Of a stretch of 64,000 bases of DNA, positions 24,801 through 39,800 are shown piece after piece (position 1 is the first letter of the stretch; every line of letters begins with the position of its first letter). The stretch covers positions 9,744,265-9,808,264 of the forward strand of contig NW_027019299.1 in NCBI RefSeq assembly GCF_013076305.1, given 5' to 3'. The DNA is from Rhopilema esculentum (lineage: Eukaryota). A program made the translations under genes and the position numbers. Under the pieces are notes generated by a model. That model saw only the letters and a program-made list of their open reading frames with translations, was not told the origin of the DNA and made no database searches.

Positions 24801-27800
24801 ATTTTTTTTAGAGAAGTGATCTGCTTTTACTTGCAAATATTTATTCCACTCAAATGGAAAAATTTGATAGCAGGCAGTAGTTTCATTATCAGGATGATTG
24901 CTCTTACCACCTATGGCACCCCAGAAACTGGACTCTTCAGTCCTGGTAATTTTAAATTTGTCTGTGTGCTGGTAATTGCACTTCTTGAAAAGTTAAGGTG
25001 TACCTTGGCATGTGATCCATAAAGCTGAGACCTTATGATTTTATCTGGTAGCCTTTTAATGTAATATATGTATTTGAAGAGGTGTATCACTGTTTGAAAA
25101 AGCATAAGAAGTTTTTAGAATCCAAATAATTTTTAAGGAATTTTAAAATAAATTTCTTGGAAACAAAATGAGTAAACAAAAGGCATACCAGTTTTTTAGG
25201 CCCTGTAGCTAATACTCAATTTTTTATGAGAACGAATTTGAATGACTTCCCAATATTATGCACAAGAACATATTTGGAGCTAAACTGGAGTCACCTTAAA
25301 GCGCCTTTCAAACTGGAGTCCTTTGGAAAGGAAATAATTTGTAAACACATTGTTTGATTTGGAAAAAAGCTGATGCAAAGGATACAAGAACAGTTGGTAA
25401 TGGAGTAACAATTTTTTTTTGCTTTGACTAAAATGGAGTTGCCTGATTAGTGGGAACAGTCCATGAAAATGCAAAATGGGGTGATCTGAAAACAGAGGCA
25501 TACAAAAACAGAGTAATGGAAACAGGGCCTTAATAGTAGTTATTTCCTACTCTATCCAAAAATGCCTTACCTGGAAATTCTATCAAGGTAACTCGCACAA
25601 AAGAATTTGAAAAACTACTTTAGAGAAAATTTACAAGAAATGAAAACAAACAAAAGAGAAAAGAGGAATAGACAGGCAAAATGTGGCCCTGTGATAAAAA
25701 GCATGTCTTGGGAGTTCTTGGTGTGTGTGGAGGCGTGCATGTGGGATTGTGTGCCAAGTATTAGCAGGACTAACACTTTTAGTTTGATTTTTGTATTATT
25801 TCAAGAGTAACCTTAGCATGCACCGCCAATTAAATTACAACCTTTGCAGGCAGTACAACCTTGGCAGGCAGTACAACCTTGCTGAATTGCCAATTCTTTT
25901 TCTTAGTCTTTCTGTTCCCTTCTAGGAGCCATTTCCATTATATCCTGGAGAGGTTCTTGCTGGTGGAAGCTACAGCTGTAAGTGCTAAATTGTTTTAGTT
26001 TGTTAGGTGTAACAGGGAATCGCTTGCATCAAATTTTCCATTAGACTGAAAAGAAGACCAAGCATTTGGTCATATAAAACCAGATAGCCAATCCTGACCA
26101 AATAAAGTTATTTCTTGCATTCTATATTGCTAGAGTTATGGTTTGTATATTTAAGGTTCTTTGAGAATTTAATAAAAAATTTTCTGCCAATTTTTCTTTT
26201 TGAAAATTAGCAATTAACTCAGTACCATTCAAAAGGTGAAGATAATTTGATGAAGTTACTGTTACCTGGTCATTGGAAACTGCTATTTCCCACAGTGGAA
26301 GGGCCTGATGTTCCCATCAAGCATGAAAGGCACAGTATCTGTATTAATGGCTAGCTCTACACCAATGCATGTTTTGTAAATGTATCATGTCTTGACTTTC
26401 AAATGAACATGTTTGGATGTAATTGAATATATGCAGAGAGTTTTAACCATATCTGTGTTTCACATATAGCTCATAAAAATGCAATCAAAAAGCTACCTGT
26501 AATTCAACCAAAGCATGGACTAAGGCTTCAAGCACTTGTTGACTTTGAAAGTGGATCAGAGAAAAGAGCAGCTGGAGATGAATGGCAGCTAGAGGGACCT
26601 TTGACATATTACCCAAAGCCAGAAGAGGTATTTTAATGGACCCACTTTGATTGATTAAGTACCTAGGATGTGATTTTGCTACCATGCTACCTGTAAGATT
26701 TAGGATGCAATTTTGTCAGTTTTGTACTTCAGAAATAGTTGATCACTGCTTCCTTCAGGTCATTTTTCATAATTAGCTATTCTAAATTTCTATAGGTCAT
26801 TTATCGTCTAGTCAGAATTTTAAATAATCTTTGAACAATTATGGTCTTAGTGCATGCTTAATTTTAAATCAAATTTTTTCCCTATTTTTGATGAGGTAAT
26901 TGCCCTTTGGATAGTGGTAAAGACAGTAGTTAAAAAGTTGAATTGTATCAAAATTTATTTAAAGGCATCCTAACCACATTAACTTCAAACCACACTTGTC
27001 ATCACAATTAAAGCCACTCAAATCAAACTGGTTATATATTATAATTCTGAGTGTCATAAAAATCATCAGTAATAATCAAACCGTCTCTAAAAATGATTTT
27101 TCTTAAAGATATTTTGAAGAGAGATATTTTGAAAATTAAGAAAGGCACATTTCAACTCAAACATGCTGTTGAGGTTTTCCAAAAAGTAAGAGTGTACATA
27201 CAACTGGTGTTCTCTGGTTCACACATCCCTGCAACTTAATTTCATATTTAAAACTGTTTCAGTTACTTGCAAACTCTGAATGCAGTTATCATCACCTAAT
27301 TAAGAAACAGTAGTACTAATTAAACAGTTAACTAGACTTAGGAATCATGTGTCATTTCTCCAGCGTATAATGGATGTGGTAAAGCCTCACGTAATTCAGC
27401 AAGGTGAAGCTCTCAGGTTAAAAGCAAAACAGGACCTTGAAGACCACAAAGGAGTGTAAGTAGTGGTATAACCACATATTCTACTCTTATCAGGTAACAT
27501 TTTTTATAGAATATTTGGTCACTCACATATGTATCATCAATATTTACTTGGATTCTGTTACTTGCAAATCTATTAAAGGAGGGAAAGCTTTTTGAAGTCA
27601 ACTGATAAAAACATCAATTTTATATATTGAGCTGTCATGCTTATAATCCAGAGCAATCTAGCTTTTCTTAAAGGTTTTCTTCTTTATCACCATAGCATTC
27701 TAGTTCAATAAGTTATCACCTTATTTTAGGCTTTGATTAAACTATCCAATTCAATTTTCAAGTTTGCTTTCTAGAGTTTCTTTTTTATCATTGTTTTGTA

Positions 27801-30800
27801 AGAAAATACTTTTTTAGCTTAAGAGTCACTGGAGAAGAATGGCTTGTGAAAGACTTGGGTGCCTATCTTCCTGGTATATATGAAGAGGTATGAACATACA
27901 GCTGTAACGTTTTGTTTGAATAGTAACTTTTTAGGATTTTTTTATTCATTTATACCCTCTTGAATATAAAAAATGTATTTTGTCAACAAGTCAGTTTTAT
28001 AAATTCTAAATAGTCAGCATTTTCCATTCAGTTCAATTGAGAAGTGCAACAAGATCTCTTCTTCCATTTACATTACAGTTGCTGTCATTTTGTTTTCTTT
28101 GAAGATTGCATTTAGCATTTAGTTCTTTATGTAATTATAGGTGATAGGAGTAGAGCAAGGATATGTTCTTACAGAAGACAGGGCCATCCGTATGACTGCT
28201 ACAATAAATTGTACTGATGCACTTGGGAAGAAAAGGTACTCTCAACATTTCACTGCTTTTGCCCGACTTTTGATTCACCCAATTTATAATGAAATACATT
28301 GGTAAACTCCTATTTGCCCAAATTAGATGTGATTTCACTTTAGGTCAATATTTTCTTAAGAATCCAGAGGACACCAAAACTTAAAATGACAAAACTTTAA
28401 AATCATCTGGCAAGCTAGGTTTTCTCTTTATTTAGGTGTTTTGAAATCTGTCTACATCAAACCAAAAAGTCTGATTTGTGAAGATAGAAATAGTTTGTTT
28501 TTCTCTTGGAGTTCTCAACTTTTTGTAAATGAGAGGAGATCAGCTGTCAATTGGTCAAAAACAAGGCATAAATCAAAATTGTCTTTCTTCCTCTCACGTT
28601 ACAATAAATCCACATCTGGAAATATAATATACTGCTTTCCTTATGGTTGTAATCCGACGTTTATACTCTAAGGAGTGTTGGAAAAAGATTATACTTTAGT
28701 ATGTTATGTTTCGGTATTTCTGTGCTTCTTTGAATATTGCTGCACCAACAGCTCATTTATCCTGTACTTGTTGTATATTTTCACATCTTGTAATCATAGC
28801 AGCTTATAACATGCAGCTAAATTCAAAATTAAGGCCCAATGTCCAGGTAGTAAGAGTGCTTGACTACCATGCTGAAGGCTGCATTGTTTAAGTCCAGTTT
28901 TAAAGCATTGTATCTACAATCTTGGCAAAAAATGCTGAGACACTTGCAAAAAAGAAGCTACTTACAAATCACCAACCCCCTTTCCCCCCGAATCAATGTT
29001 GTGATTGGACTGGTAACTAATGTTGTAATCCCCACTTATTCTGTGACCATCGTAATCAACATTGACCACGGGGGGAAGGGGGTTTAGGTCACCAGCGCAT
29101 ATTATATGAAGATATAGCACGCGAATTCCCTTTTCGATCACATGTCTCAGCTATTTTTTGCCAAGATTGTAGGTGCTTTCCACTAAGCAGTGATAAGATA
29201 CCTGGCGATAAAAAAATTGTTTCCTTTGAAGTCAATCTAGGACCTTTGTAGCTTGATCGACAGCTTGAAACATAAAATACAAAACCCTTATCTTTTTTGC
29301 ACAACAAATGCTTGAAACTGGCCATTAAGCATAAAAGCAAGTTGTATTCGAATTTAGACCAAGATATGTCATCAAGTTGTTTTCCGTAGAATTGCTGGGG
29401 AAGAATGGCTGGTTACTGTTAGTGACAAAGAGACATATATCCCGGAGGTTGGAGAGGTAAGCAGTTGCTAGCTTTTGAGCATATAGTAAAATATTTTACC
29501 CAGGACAAGCATTGTGAAATGTAGCAGAATTGGGCTGGAATTAACCTCTTTTGTTAATATACTAAGCTCTTCTATTGCATTATTATGTAGTACCTCAGCT
29601 TTTATGTGGAAGCTTGGGCCTATAAAGAGTAAAACATGTCAAGGCTATGCTACGAGAAAAAAATTTAGGGTAAGAGTTTAAAGCCACGAAATATCCACGT
29701 CGTTGTAATGTGGAGGTTTTGAAGAAATCGAAGTTTTTCAATAGAAATCTATGAACTTCTTTTAATAAGATGAGGTCTGTGGACTACCTTAAGTTTGTTC
29801 GAAGTTGATCTTGAAATAGCTTGTTGTCTTTTGTCTTGAAAAGGCACCAATCTAAAAGCAGCCTATCCGAATACCTTGTTTCGTGGATGCAATTCTAGCC
29901 CTAAGCACAACGCTGTCTGCATTTTGCATTTTAAATTCGTTAGCTTCCCATATCAAATAGCAAATAAAGAAATCAAGTTAATCTAAGTTTATGATTGTTT
30001 TCATTTTGACTTTTCTTTTTATATGTTTTAGAAATTGGTTATGATTGTTCGGAGAACAGTTCTGGGAAAGCACGAGTTCTGCATTATCAAGGATCCAATT
30101 GACAAAGATGGCAAACCACAGCTCGGTAAAAAAGTAATGAAAAGAGGAATAACCACCTTCTTTCTTCACCCTGGTACGTTGCCTAGTAATCATTTAATCT
30201 GATTGGTTAAGACGTAAACAGCGTATAGTCGAAAGCTTGCTACTCCTATCTGTATCTACATGTAATGGAATCTAAGAAATCTACTTCTACCATAGCTTTA
30301 GAATCTGTCCCTTCCTAATCTGGACTCGCACCTTATCTTAAGAATCTACCTCTACTTTGTCTCACAAATTTACCTAATCCTACCAAATCCTGAGAATCTA
30401 CGCCTGGCTAATCTGCCTAATTCAGGACCTACTCCTGATAACCGATTTGAAAAAGATTTTTGATTTGAAAGTTTGAATTATTTCAAAACCTTGAAGGATT
30501 TTTCAATTTAATTTTTGAATTTTGGATATTGCATAAAGTTGATTGTCTCTGTGTTCTGGATATAAAAAAAGCTGTGTGTGTCTATTGAAGGAGAAATAAT
30601 TGAAGCTGGAGTGCAGAAGACTTTCTTATTGAACGAAGATGAAGCTTTGATAATTTGCGCCATGGAAGGTTTCACTGATGATACTTTTGGAAAAGGTTTG
30701 TTGTATATTCAAATCCTTTAAACCAGTGTAAAATTTGCGAATTTATAGAAATATATACCTGCATGCATAGTAAAATGTTTGTATCACAAAAGCAGTAGTG

Positions 30801-33800
30801 CTATGTAAAAAAATTGTAGAAAAGTAATGACAAAAAATTTAATTACTTTCTTTTTAGATATCCAAGTACATCTATATGCTTATCATTTGCTGTATGAAAG
30901 TTTTCAAAACTTGAGCTATTGTAACATCTCCTCCTTTAATTAATTCACTTCTTAGATTTAATTTTGCCCCTGTGTTTATTTACACATTGTTTTGATTTTC
31001 TGTTCTCTTGATAGTCTTGTAGTTTAGTTATTTGTTGTTTGTTAAGTTGGAATTTGAATTGAATGATATTGAATCTAAAACACGAAGCTGGAACTGAACA
31101 ATCAGTGACTCATCATCGAAGGTTATTTAAGCATTCATCGCCAAGCAAATGTGTTATTCATTTGAAATTTTCGATGAATTAGTTAGTGGCAAACATGAGT
31201 AGGCCACAAATTACTGAAAGATCACAAAGTTAGGTGTTATGAAAAACCAAAGAAGTAAAACGTTTTCTTTTCTCTTGGGTAAACCTTGGCTGAAATATTT
31301 GTTTGATATTTCGTCAAGGTTTCTCACAAGAGAAATGGCTTCGGTCTTAGAAAGTATGGAATCTCTTTTGAAAAAGCGGGTTATAGTTTTAATCGTTTTG
31401 TAACCAACTGTAGATGTGTACAGCCTAGGTTCTTGATCTAATTTCCGAATGGTTTTACATCATAATTTAAAGATATATTGGCAGTTATAATGTACCAATG
31501 TTTTCAAGATGGTTCTGTTTTATCTATATAATTTGGTGTATGCGTTGTGGACAGGTTTTCGATATCGCCACCAATTTCATAGGTTCATATCAATACGAGA
31601 CTTCACCCCCGACAATTCTCCTCTTGCTACGGCCCTGAGTATCAATTACACACTACTTTATAGAAGTTGTAAAATTCAATCCTTTGGATTACAGATCCAA
31701 TTGAAAGAAAACCCGGTGACGAGTGGTTGATCAGAGGACCAATTGAGTACGTTCCTCGTGTTGAAACTACAGTCAAGGAAAAACGGTAAGCGGCCACATT
31801 GCAAAATTTTATCTTTGCAGTAATCTGTTTTCCTACGAATTTATCATTGGTCTTATAGACGTCATCTAAATCATTAATTTTTCATTTTTCCAGGAGAGCA
31901 ATTCCACTGGACAAAAACGAGGGGATATATGTCCAAGATGCAAAATCTGGCCAGGTAACTATTATCATTTGTTTATCATTTGTGGTTGCATTTATTTATT
32001 TTTTTGATGCATTGAAAAGAATGACACTTTCGGTGAGATCTCGGGTGCACCAGCAACTCCTCGGCACTAGTAGGGTGCGAAAAATTGGTCTGATTTATAA
32101 TGCGCTAGCTTTGAAATCGAATGGGCGTAGTTTAGCAGTCCAGCTTTGTGACGAATACGCCGATTTGCTAAGTAAAATGAAGTATGATATACATAGCAAT
32201 AACAGTGAGACCCAACTTATCATATTCAAGTACCCCAAGGTTGCTAGCGAAAGAAGTGACAATAGCCCAGGTAAAGTAGGGGCACCTCTGATCCACTTTC
32301 CAGTCACAAAGTCACAAACAATACCAATAATCGTACTAAAAGTGCAACTTTTTTCGTCTCTTCACTTTACTAACCTACTATCCAAGCAGTTTCGTAAAAA
32401 TTTGCAAGTGCATTCACGAAGGCTTTTTCTTATTTCAGATAAGGACAGAAATGGGCCCTCAATCCTATTTACTCACAGAAGATGAACGTTTGTGGAAGAA
32501 AGAGCTACCGAACATTGTCGAGATTATGTTGAAGTGAGTCGAAATTCCTTACTTTTAATATCTTACGCAAATTGATTCTTCTTGCGAAAATTCTTATTAC
32601 TTCTTCTTGGTTAAACTTACTTGCTTTGCTTAATTCTTGAAAAAGCTCCTCGTGATCTACGTCACAGTATCAGTGTCACCATGTATATTGTGCAAAATAT
32701 ATTCTTCAGTTTAAAATATGGCTAAACTGGAAACTAGCTTTGACAGAAAACTAGTTTACTATCAGAGAATCTCTTGTAATATTCCTATTCTATGTTTGCA
32801 GAAATGGAGGTTGCCATGGAGAAGGAGACATAAGGAAATTGGCCTATTTCGAATCTTCGATCGATCCAGAAGCATTGGCAGGCAGGGTGAGTCTAAAATG
32901 CAGCTTTTTGTTGACACAATGATAAATTAAAAGCCGTTTGCCCTGCTCTGCAAGTAATATATTGTCGTATTTTGTTTTTTGTCACGAGTTCCCCAACATC
33001 ATTTGTTACTTTTCCGAAAGCTTTTTATCTTCTCGTTTCAATTTACCTGCAGAGAAACCAGACCAGAGTCGTTAAGTACAGGTGTCCACCTAATTCTGCT
33101 GTTCAGGTAAGAGCATACAGATTTTTTAATCTTATTTTGCAGCCTTCGATTACAGAATGCTTTAACTTTGCAGCATTAAACTTGTTTCAATATTTGATTC
33201 AAGAAAAAAGTGTCAAACAAGCTCACGAACGCTTTTTTGATTAAATGTAACTGCTGACTTGTCGGAACAAGGGGTCATTCAAAAATGCGTTTCTCTTTTT
33301 TCATCTTTTCGATTCATGCCTCTCAACGTTTAGTCATTAGCCTAAATTTTATCTCTAAAGATTTCGGACAAAGTAACATTTTCAAAGTGGTCCTTTCTTT
33401 CCAAATTTGGGATTTAGTTTGATATGAGGCGATAGCACCCGCGAAGAATCACAAATAGTTGAAAACTGTATCAAGCTAATCGTTTTAGTCGTGAAGGGTC
33501 GCAAAAGATCTCAACGAATCGCAAAAATGAATCTTTTGTATCTCAGAATCAATTAACTAGAATCAGTTGCATGAAAAACTGGAATCTGTTTCAAATGAGA
33601 ACCAGGCTTTCCTCGGGAATTATGTATTTTAGAACCTGTAAATGCTTCCTTGTAGGTTTACAACCACCAAAAGCAAACAGCACGTGTTATATTCGGCCCA
33701 GACCTGGTATGTATTTTAAATCCATTTGAAAAATTTGTTGATGGAAAATTGTTGGAACTGTTTTAAAGAGCCATTTAATCGATTCTTTTTCACGCACACC

Positions 33801-36800
33801 TTTCGCCATGCCACTTCTATTTCTGCATGATTTGTTTCGATACTTTAAGTTGCTATATCTTTAGTATCCCTGTTTATATCAGAAAGCATCAAGCAAAATG
33901 CGACCCGCGGGCACCAAGCACAAAGTGTACCGTACGGCCCGCGGTTCACACCCGCCCCTTTAAATGTTCCTGTCCGGCCCCTGTAAGAGTGTGGTCAATT
34001 AGAATATGAACTCTTTTAGGAGTCTTTTCCCACTTGACCCACTCCACAATTTCATTTATCTATAAATATTTTGCGTTATATCTATAACTTCAATTTCACC
34101 AGTACCAGCTAAAATATAGTATAATTTATTGGTTTTACACTAAGAAAGAGTTAATATTGTGCAGTATAAATTTATCGCTGGCTCACCCCTCCAACACCCT
34201 TCAGGTTTCTCATGTGTCCCCTTGGAAAAATTAATCCCCCCTTCCTGGTGTATACTAATTATTTCTTGCTTATTTTAAAGGTTTCGCTAGGCCCAGACGA
34301 GAACTTCAATGTCTTGAGTCTGAGTGGTAAGTTTGAAAGATACATTAACTGTTTCTTGAGTATTTGCGTATATTGGTAAATTATAACCAAATCGCGAAAG
34401 ATTTTGAACCGCGAAGGTGAAGATGCTCTGATGATGCAGGTTTTCGTCCGCCAGACAATTTTTTGTCTTTACTGGTCCTAAATATTTCATCGAATGGCTT
34501 TTGTTTCGTGTATTTTGCAAAGTATTTAATGAATAACCTTCTTTTCCTTCGACATGTTTTAGTAAAAGCGCAAATGTTTTTCGGTCATTTAATAATAAAG
34601 TAATAATTATAAGAATGATAATGTTAATTGATGTGCCAATTGATGACATTGTTGTTTTTTAGAAGTTTGTTAAATCCGTGTTACCAGTATGGTTACATTT
34701 TTTATTACAGCTGGTAAACCCAAGAAGAACAATGCTCTCAAAACATTGGCTGTTATGCTAGGCCCAGATTTCATAACAGATATTATTGAGGTAATGCAAT
34801 CTTTTTCCAAGGATATGTTTGGTAGAAATATTTAATGTCAATCTTCTTTCTTTCGTGGAGAATCACGAAGAATTAGTTTATTTTTTTTCTTTGGAAACTT
34901 GGCTATTGTTTTATATTCCTTTCTCGTAGCATTTTGAAGAAAGTAAGATCTGGTTGTAAACAATCAATAAACAAAGTCGTATACAAGCACAAATCATTGT
35001 CGTTGAAGATTTATAGCAGGCTAAATATGTTAGTTGTGCATTGTGGTTTTTTCAATTAGGCAGCTAAAAAACTTGATATGCTGCAGCGATACCTGCCCAA
35101 GGCTTGGCAAAAACAGTTCTAGACTACCGAAACTATCTTTTCGTGTTATTCGACATACAACTCGCAACATTCAATCTAAAATTCACTCCAGTGGTTTATA
35201 GTTTTGAAAATGTCTGGGTTATAATCCAGTTTGAGCTTATAGCATTGAAATTAAGTTCCTGTCTCCTATATTCAGTTGTGTGAATTCGGGTGTGAGGTCA
35301 GCAGCTTTGCTGAAGTTCTTCATTACCTTAATTTTCTTGTTTCAGGTTGAAACACTTGATCATGCTAGGCTTCGCATTCAGTATGCTGTCAACAACAAGT
35401 TTGAGGTATGATGTATGCTTAATTATTTTCTTCTGAAGTCTGTCATTTGCCTACCCCCTTCGCTTGCACGACTTTTAGCAACAGATTTCACAACAGGGTT
35501 AAGAGGAAATTGTGATTTTGCAACCAAAAGTGTCGATTGGAATGTTGAAAATAGAATCTCTTTTACCATGACTAAATAGCGCCGATACTGTGCCTTGGAT
35601 TTTTTTAGGAAATTTTCAAAGTTTTGCTTTAAAAGCTGGACGAAGTGTTGAAATTTGTAAAGTTTCATAATTGTCTGAACTGTTCCAAAATTGCACATCT
35701 ATTTTTGCTCATGAACTGCTATTTTCTTATCCTCTTCTTGATAACATACCGTCCCTTGACATAACCCTGAGCAAAAATCATAGTATTAAGGAGCGCTTAC
35801 CCCCCCCCCCCCCCCAAACTTCGAGCCGTATATTCGACTCTGGATTAATGTTTCAAGAAAATTTTCAGGAGAGCGAAATTTCACTTTGGCTTTTTCCTTA
35901 CTCTAGCAGCATGGCGGTAGATTTAGTTTTAAAAGCCAAGTAAACTAGCCTTTTGATTTGTCAGGCCTTGTTGATATTTCATTTGATTTTCTCTTCCAGA
36001 ATCACGCTCCTTTATCATTCTTTCATAGAGCTTGTCATATTCGATAACGCTTCTAGATTATTAAATTCCTTCCTTTTATATTGAAACACCTTATTTCAGT
36101 ATAAAAAAGGCGATAAAGAATCCGAAGCAAGAATTTTCACCGTTCCAGATTACATAGGATTTGTATGCAACAGCAACGGTAAGTTGTTTGCGAATAACAG
36201 ACCTTTTAGATCAAAAAAGAAAAATGGGGCTAACGTTACTGCATAGAAAAAGGTTGGAATGAATTACCTTACAATAGAGAGACTCCCTCTTCTCTCTGAA
36301 ATAAAAGGTAAAGATCCCAAATCCGTCAATAGCTTGATCCTTTAATTAACCTACGCCCCCTTCCTTCTTTGTTTTTCATTTTCAAGCAATGTTGGAATTT
36401 TTTGTTGGTATTAGCTTTTATAATCTTAACAATTGTTATGGATCATGTTTTATATGTAATTTTATGTAAATTGCTGTTGTTTATTTTTGTTTAATATGGT
36501 TGTCTTAAAAAATGATCTAGGCATCTAATGCTCTCTGTTTGTCTCTTTAGCAAGCCGGATCAGAGGAAGAGTTGCCCGTACCCCTTTTGACGAATTTCAC
36601 CGATATTCTGCTAGAATCGTGAAAGAGGCCATCTTTGGTGTCGATGAAGATGGTAATATTCGTCCATCCTTGCTGTTCAAAGAAAACAACATGGTTTGCT
36701 AATTGTTTAAAATTCATTTTGATTCTGATTTTATTAGTCCTGTTCAATAAAAATGCCATATTCAGTTTTCTGAAAGTTTACGTGGATATATTTGTTTCCG

Positions 36801-39800
36801 TTGGTTTGGAAGGGAACCACCTTGATATATCAAGATAATGTTGAACGAATGTCTGATATGTTTGGAAGAGGATATGTTTGTTGTGAATTTTAATGAGATT
36901 GGTAAAATATTTTTTCGATTTCTTGTAGGCTAAATATATTAACCACAAAGATTTTCCTCGTGAAAAAGTTTCGGACAAATATTTTCACGAAATTTTTTTC
37001 GAATAAAATTTAAATGAGACGAAAATTGGTCACGACGAAATTTGTTTGCTCTTTAGAAACTTTGAGAATTCGCATTAAAAACTGTTACATGTGATCAAAA
37101 ATCAAATTTATGTATCCTTTTAATCAAAAATGCAAATTACGTCATTAACCTCATTTACATCATCATCATCATCATCCGTGTCATTGACTGTCCTTTAACT
37201 GCATTCATTCTCACCATCGTTCGATAAAAATGGCTCTACTTTTCTTCTGTCGCTGATTTCAAAAGACTCAATGTCTGTCATTTTATAGTTCAACTGTACT
37301 ATTTCTTTCATTCGATCAAGGTATTTGAGCTCGTCAGCACAAATGTTAAACTCTAAAGACCGAAAATGCTCAGACCTTTTCGTATTAGAGACGGTCTTAT
37401 ACTTTGTCATTCTTCTACTTATATTCATACTTGTACTTTCAACTATGCTTGTTTATGAACTCTTATACTATATGAACTCTCAGTGAATGGAGACTCTTTG
37501 AGTGCTAGAAACATGTCTTTTGATTTACTTACATATAAACAGAGAAAATGTACCGCTTTTATTATGAATTTCCTAAAAAGCTGTTCTATGTGAAAAAGCT
37601 GTAAGGAGGTTTAAGCCAAATTGGAAGTGGGTGCTCAAGTCCCCAAGTCTCCACGGAGCTGGTCGTTTTAACTCTAAGAATATTGATAGTATTTTGTTAA
37701 AGTCACGACGAAATTCTGAAAAGTTGTCCGCCGAAAATTTATCTGACGAAATTTTTTATTTTTAGTGTAACTAAGTAATTGCATTTTTACACTTACCAAT
37801 TATTTGCATTTAACTTCCAAATTTTTCCATCTGTGTTAGATTATAACCAACGTTGACATACAAAGCATTGAGCCTGTGGATAGGCAAATGAGGGACAGTT
37901 TGCTGAAATCGGTGCAACTTGCAATTGAGATCTCTACAAAGTACGTCTGTCTATACAGGCATTTGTTTGAAATAAACTCTTTTGACATGAGTAGATTTAA
38001 CAAAAATTGCTTCTTCCAACTGAGGTAGATATCCAACACAAATATGTCAGCTTTAGAAGTCTGTGAATTTTTAACCAATAAATGGCAGTACATTTAAAAC
38101 AAGAAATGGAAGTATTTAAACAAAAAGTATTTAAAGAAAAAAGAGCCAAAAGTGCAATAATATCAAACGAAAGATATGGTATTGAATTTAGAAACTATTT
38201 TGAGACGTTAATAGGTACATATTTTTATTTTTGAAACATTTGTTTATCTTAAAGCTTTCACCTTGTAAGTAGATGCAAATCTGATTGGTCTCTGCGCTTT
38301 GTTTAATCTTAGAGGGGATTAGTTTGATTTTTTAATATTGCTTCTTCCAGCTCCATTGAGAGGTCTGCTGCACACGAGGCTGCAAGAACAGACCAAGCTG
38401 CACGAGGCTCTTTGGAAAGGTGTAACTTGCAAAACGAGCAGGTTTGATTCAAGTTATTAACGTTGAGAAATTGTCTTTATTTTTCAACTATGAAATAACC
38501 GTTGATTAAATCCTTTCTGTTTAAGGAATTGTTTTGGTTGGGTTCGATAAGGCAGAATCAACTTAGCCAGGCTTAAAAGCAATTTTATTTATGATATCAT
38601 ATGTTTAAGCTAAGTTTTACATGATTTCAATATTAAAGCAAGCTTATGTGTTTTGGCTGTATTACGCTTATCTAAATATCGATGAAACTCAGGATCAACT
38701 TTTTACGTATGTAACCGTTTGGTATAAAAGACAGTTTGCAGCCAAACAGCATACAGCGCAAACATCAGTTCGCAATTATTTCTCTCTGGTATTCAGACTT
38801 GTGAAACTTGTCTTCGTATCTTCGGTGTCATAATAAGCTCGAAAGCATCCTTTTTGGAGATTTCCAACCCTGTGAAACACCATGATAACTCTTTAAAAAG
38901 CTTGGTTCCTTTATTTACTACTTAAGTCATATATTTGGGTAGACACTGGGTATGCTCTTTAGTGAAGTATGTACGCATGTTTTCGCAATAGGCCGCTGAG
39001 AAAGCCCGCAAGCATTTGTACGAGCTACGTGCAATTACGGCTGCCGTTGAGTCTTCCGGACAAGCAAAGGCCGAAGCAAAGGTAAGATGCATAGTCTCAA
39101 TTCTGAATTTGAGTCATAATTAACCGCTAGATGGAAGATGCCCCAAAGTGTCATTAATCACAATTCTTTAGGCCTTTAATACAGAGCGTACTGGAAATTT
39201 TGTTTGTAAATTTCTCACTCAAGCTGTATGTGTTTGCCTTAGATCCATAATGTTTCATCGAAGTTTGAAAATTGAATACAAATAAACCAAAACAAATTGT
39301 TTTCATCTGTGAAGCTTTGTGTGATCGTGTTTCCATTTTTTCAAAAATAATATCTTTTATGTGTTTTTATGACGATGTGAAACTGGATATGTAGGAAGCA
39401 CTAGCCAGCGATTAGTCGATATAACAAAACAGCATGTTTCCAGACGTATCAGGGAAAAGGCGGTTCCTAAAATATCAAAATGCCGGAATAAAATGCGTTT
39501 GAGTCGGAAACCAGAATTTACTCAGAATCCAGAGTACTCCAAAAAACTAATGTGCGGGCAATTTGTAAATCATTGGGCAAGCAAGGTCGTCTTTGCAAGC
39601 AAGATCTCTACTTGTGTAGACAGAAGGAGACTCATTTTCTCTCTTTAATTCATCTGGCTTTTTCTCTCATTTTTCATCGGGCTTTATTCTCGTTCCGCAG
39701 CTGGATATAAATTTCCGCTTGTTTTCATCATTTTGTAACTTTTAATGTTCTGAGGAATCTCAAACGAAAGTTACTTTAGTATACTATGTTTCCTTTGTTC

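Noticed and set aside
31982-32485. 167-aa plus-strand ORF in MVP intron 13
   Set aside because: No recognisable homology. It runs straight through the MVP exon 14 acceptor in a different frame and is best explained as an intronic chance ORF, possibly over an inserted repeat.
33880-33990. GC-rich palindromic patch (CCGCGG-containing hairpin) in MVP intron 17 as a miRNA or snoRNA
   Set aside because: Stem only about 9 bp, and no C/D or H/ACA box arrangement recognisable; insufficient evidence.
34287-34649. 120-aa minus-strand ORF
   Set aside because: AT-rich, low complexity, antisense to MVP exon 18; chance ORF.
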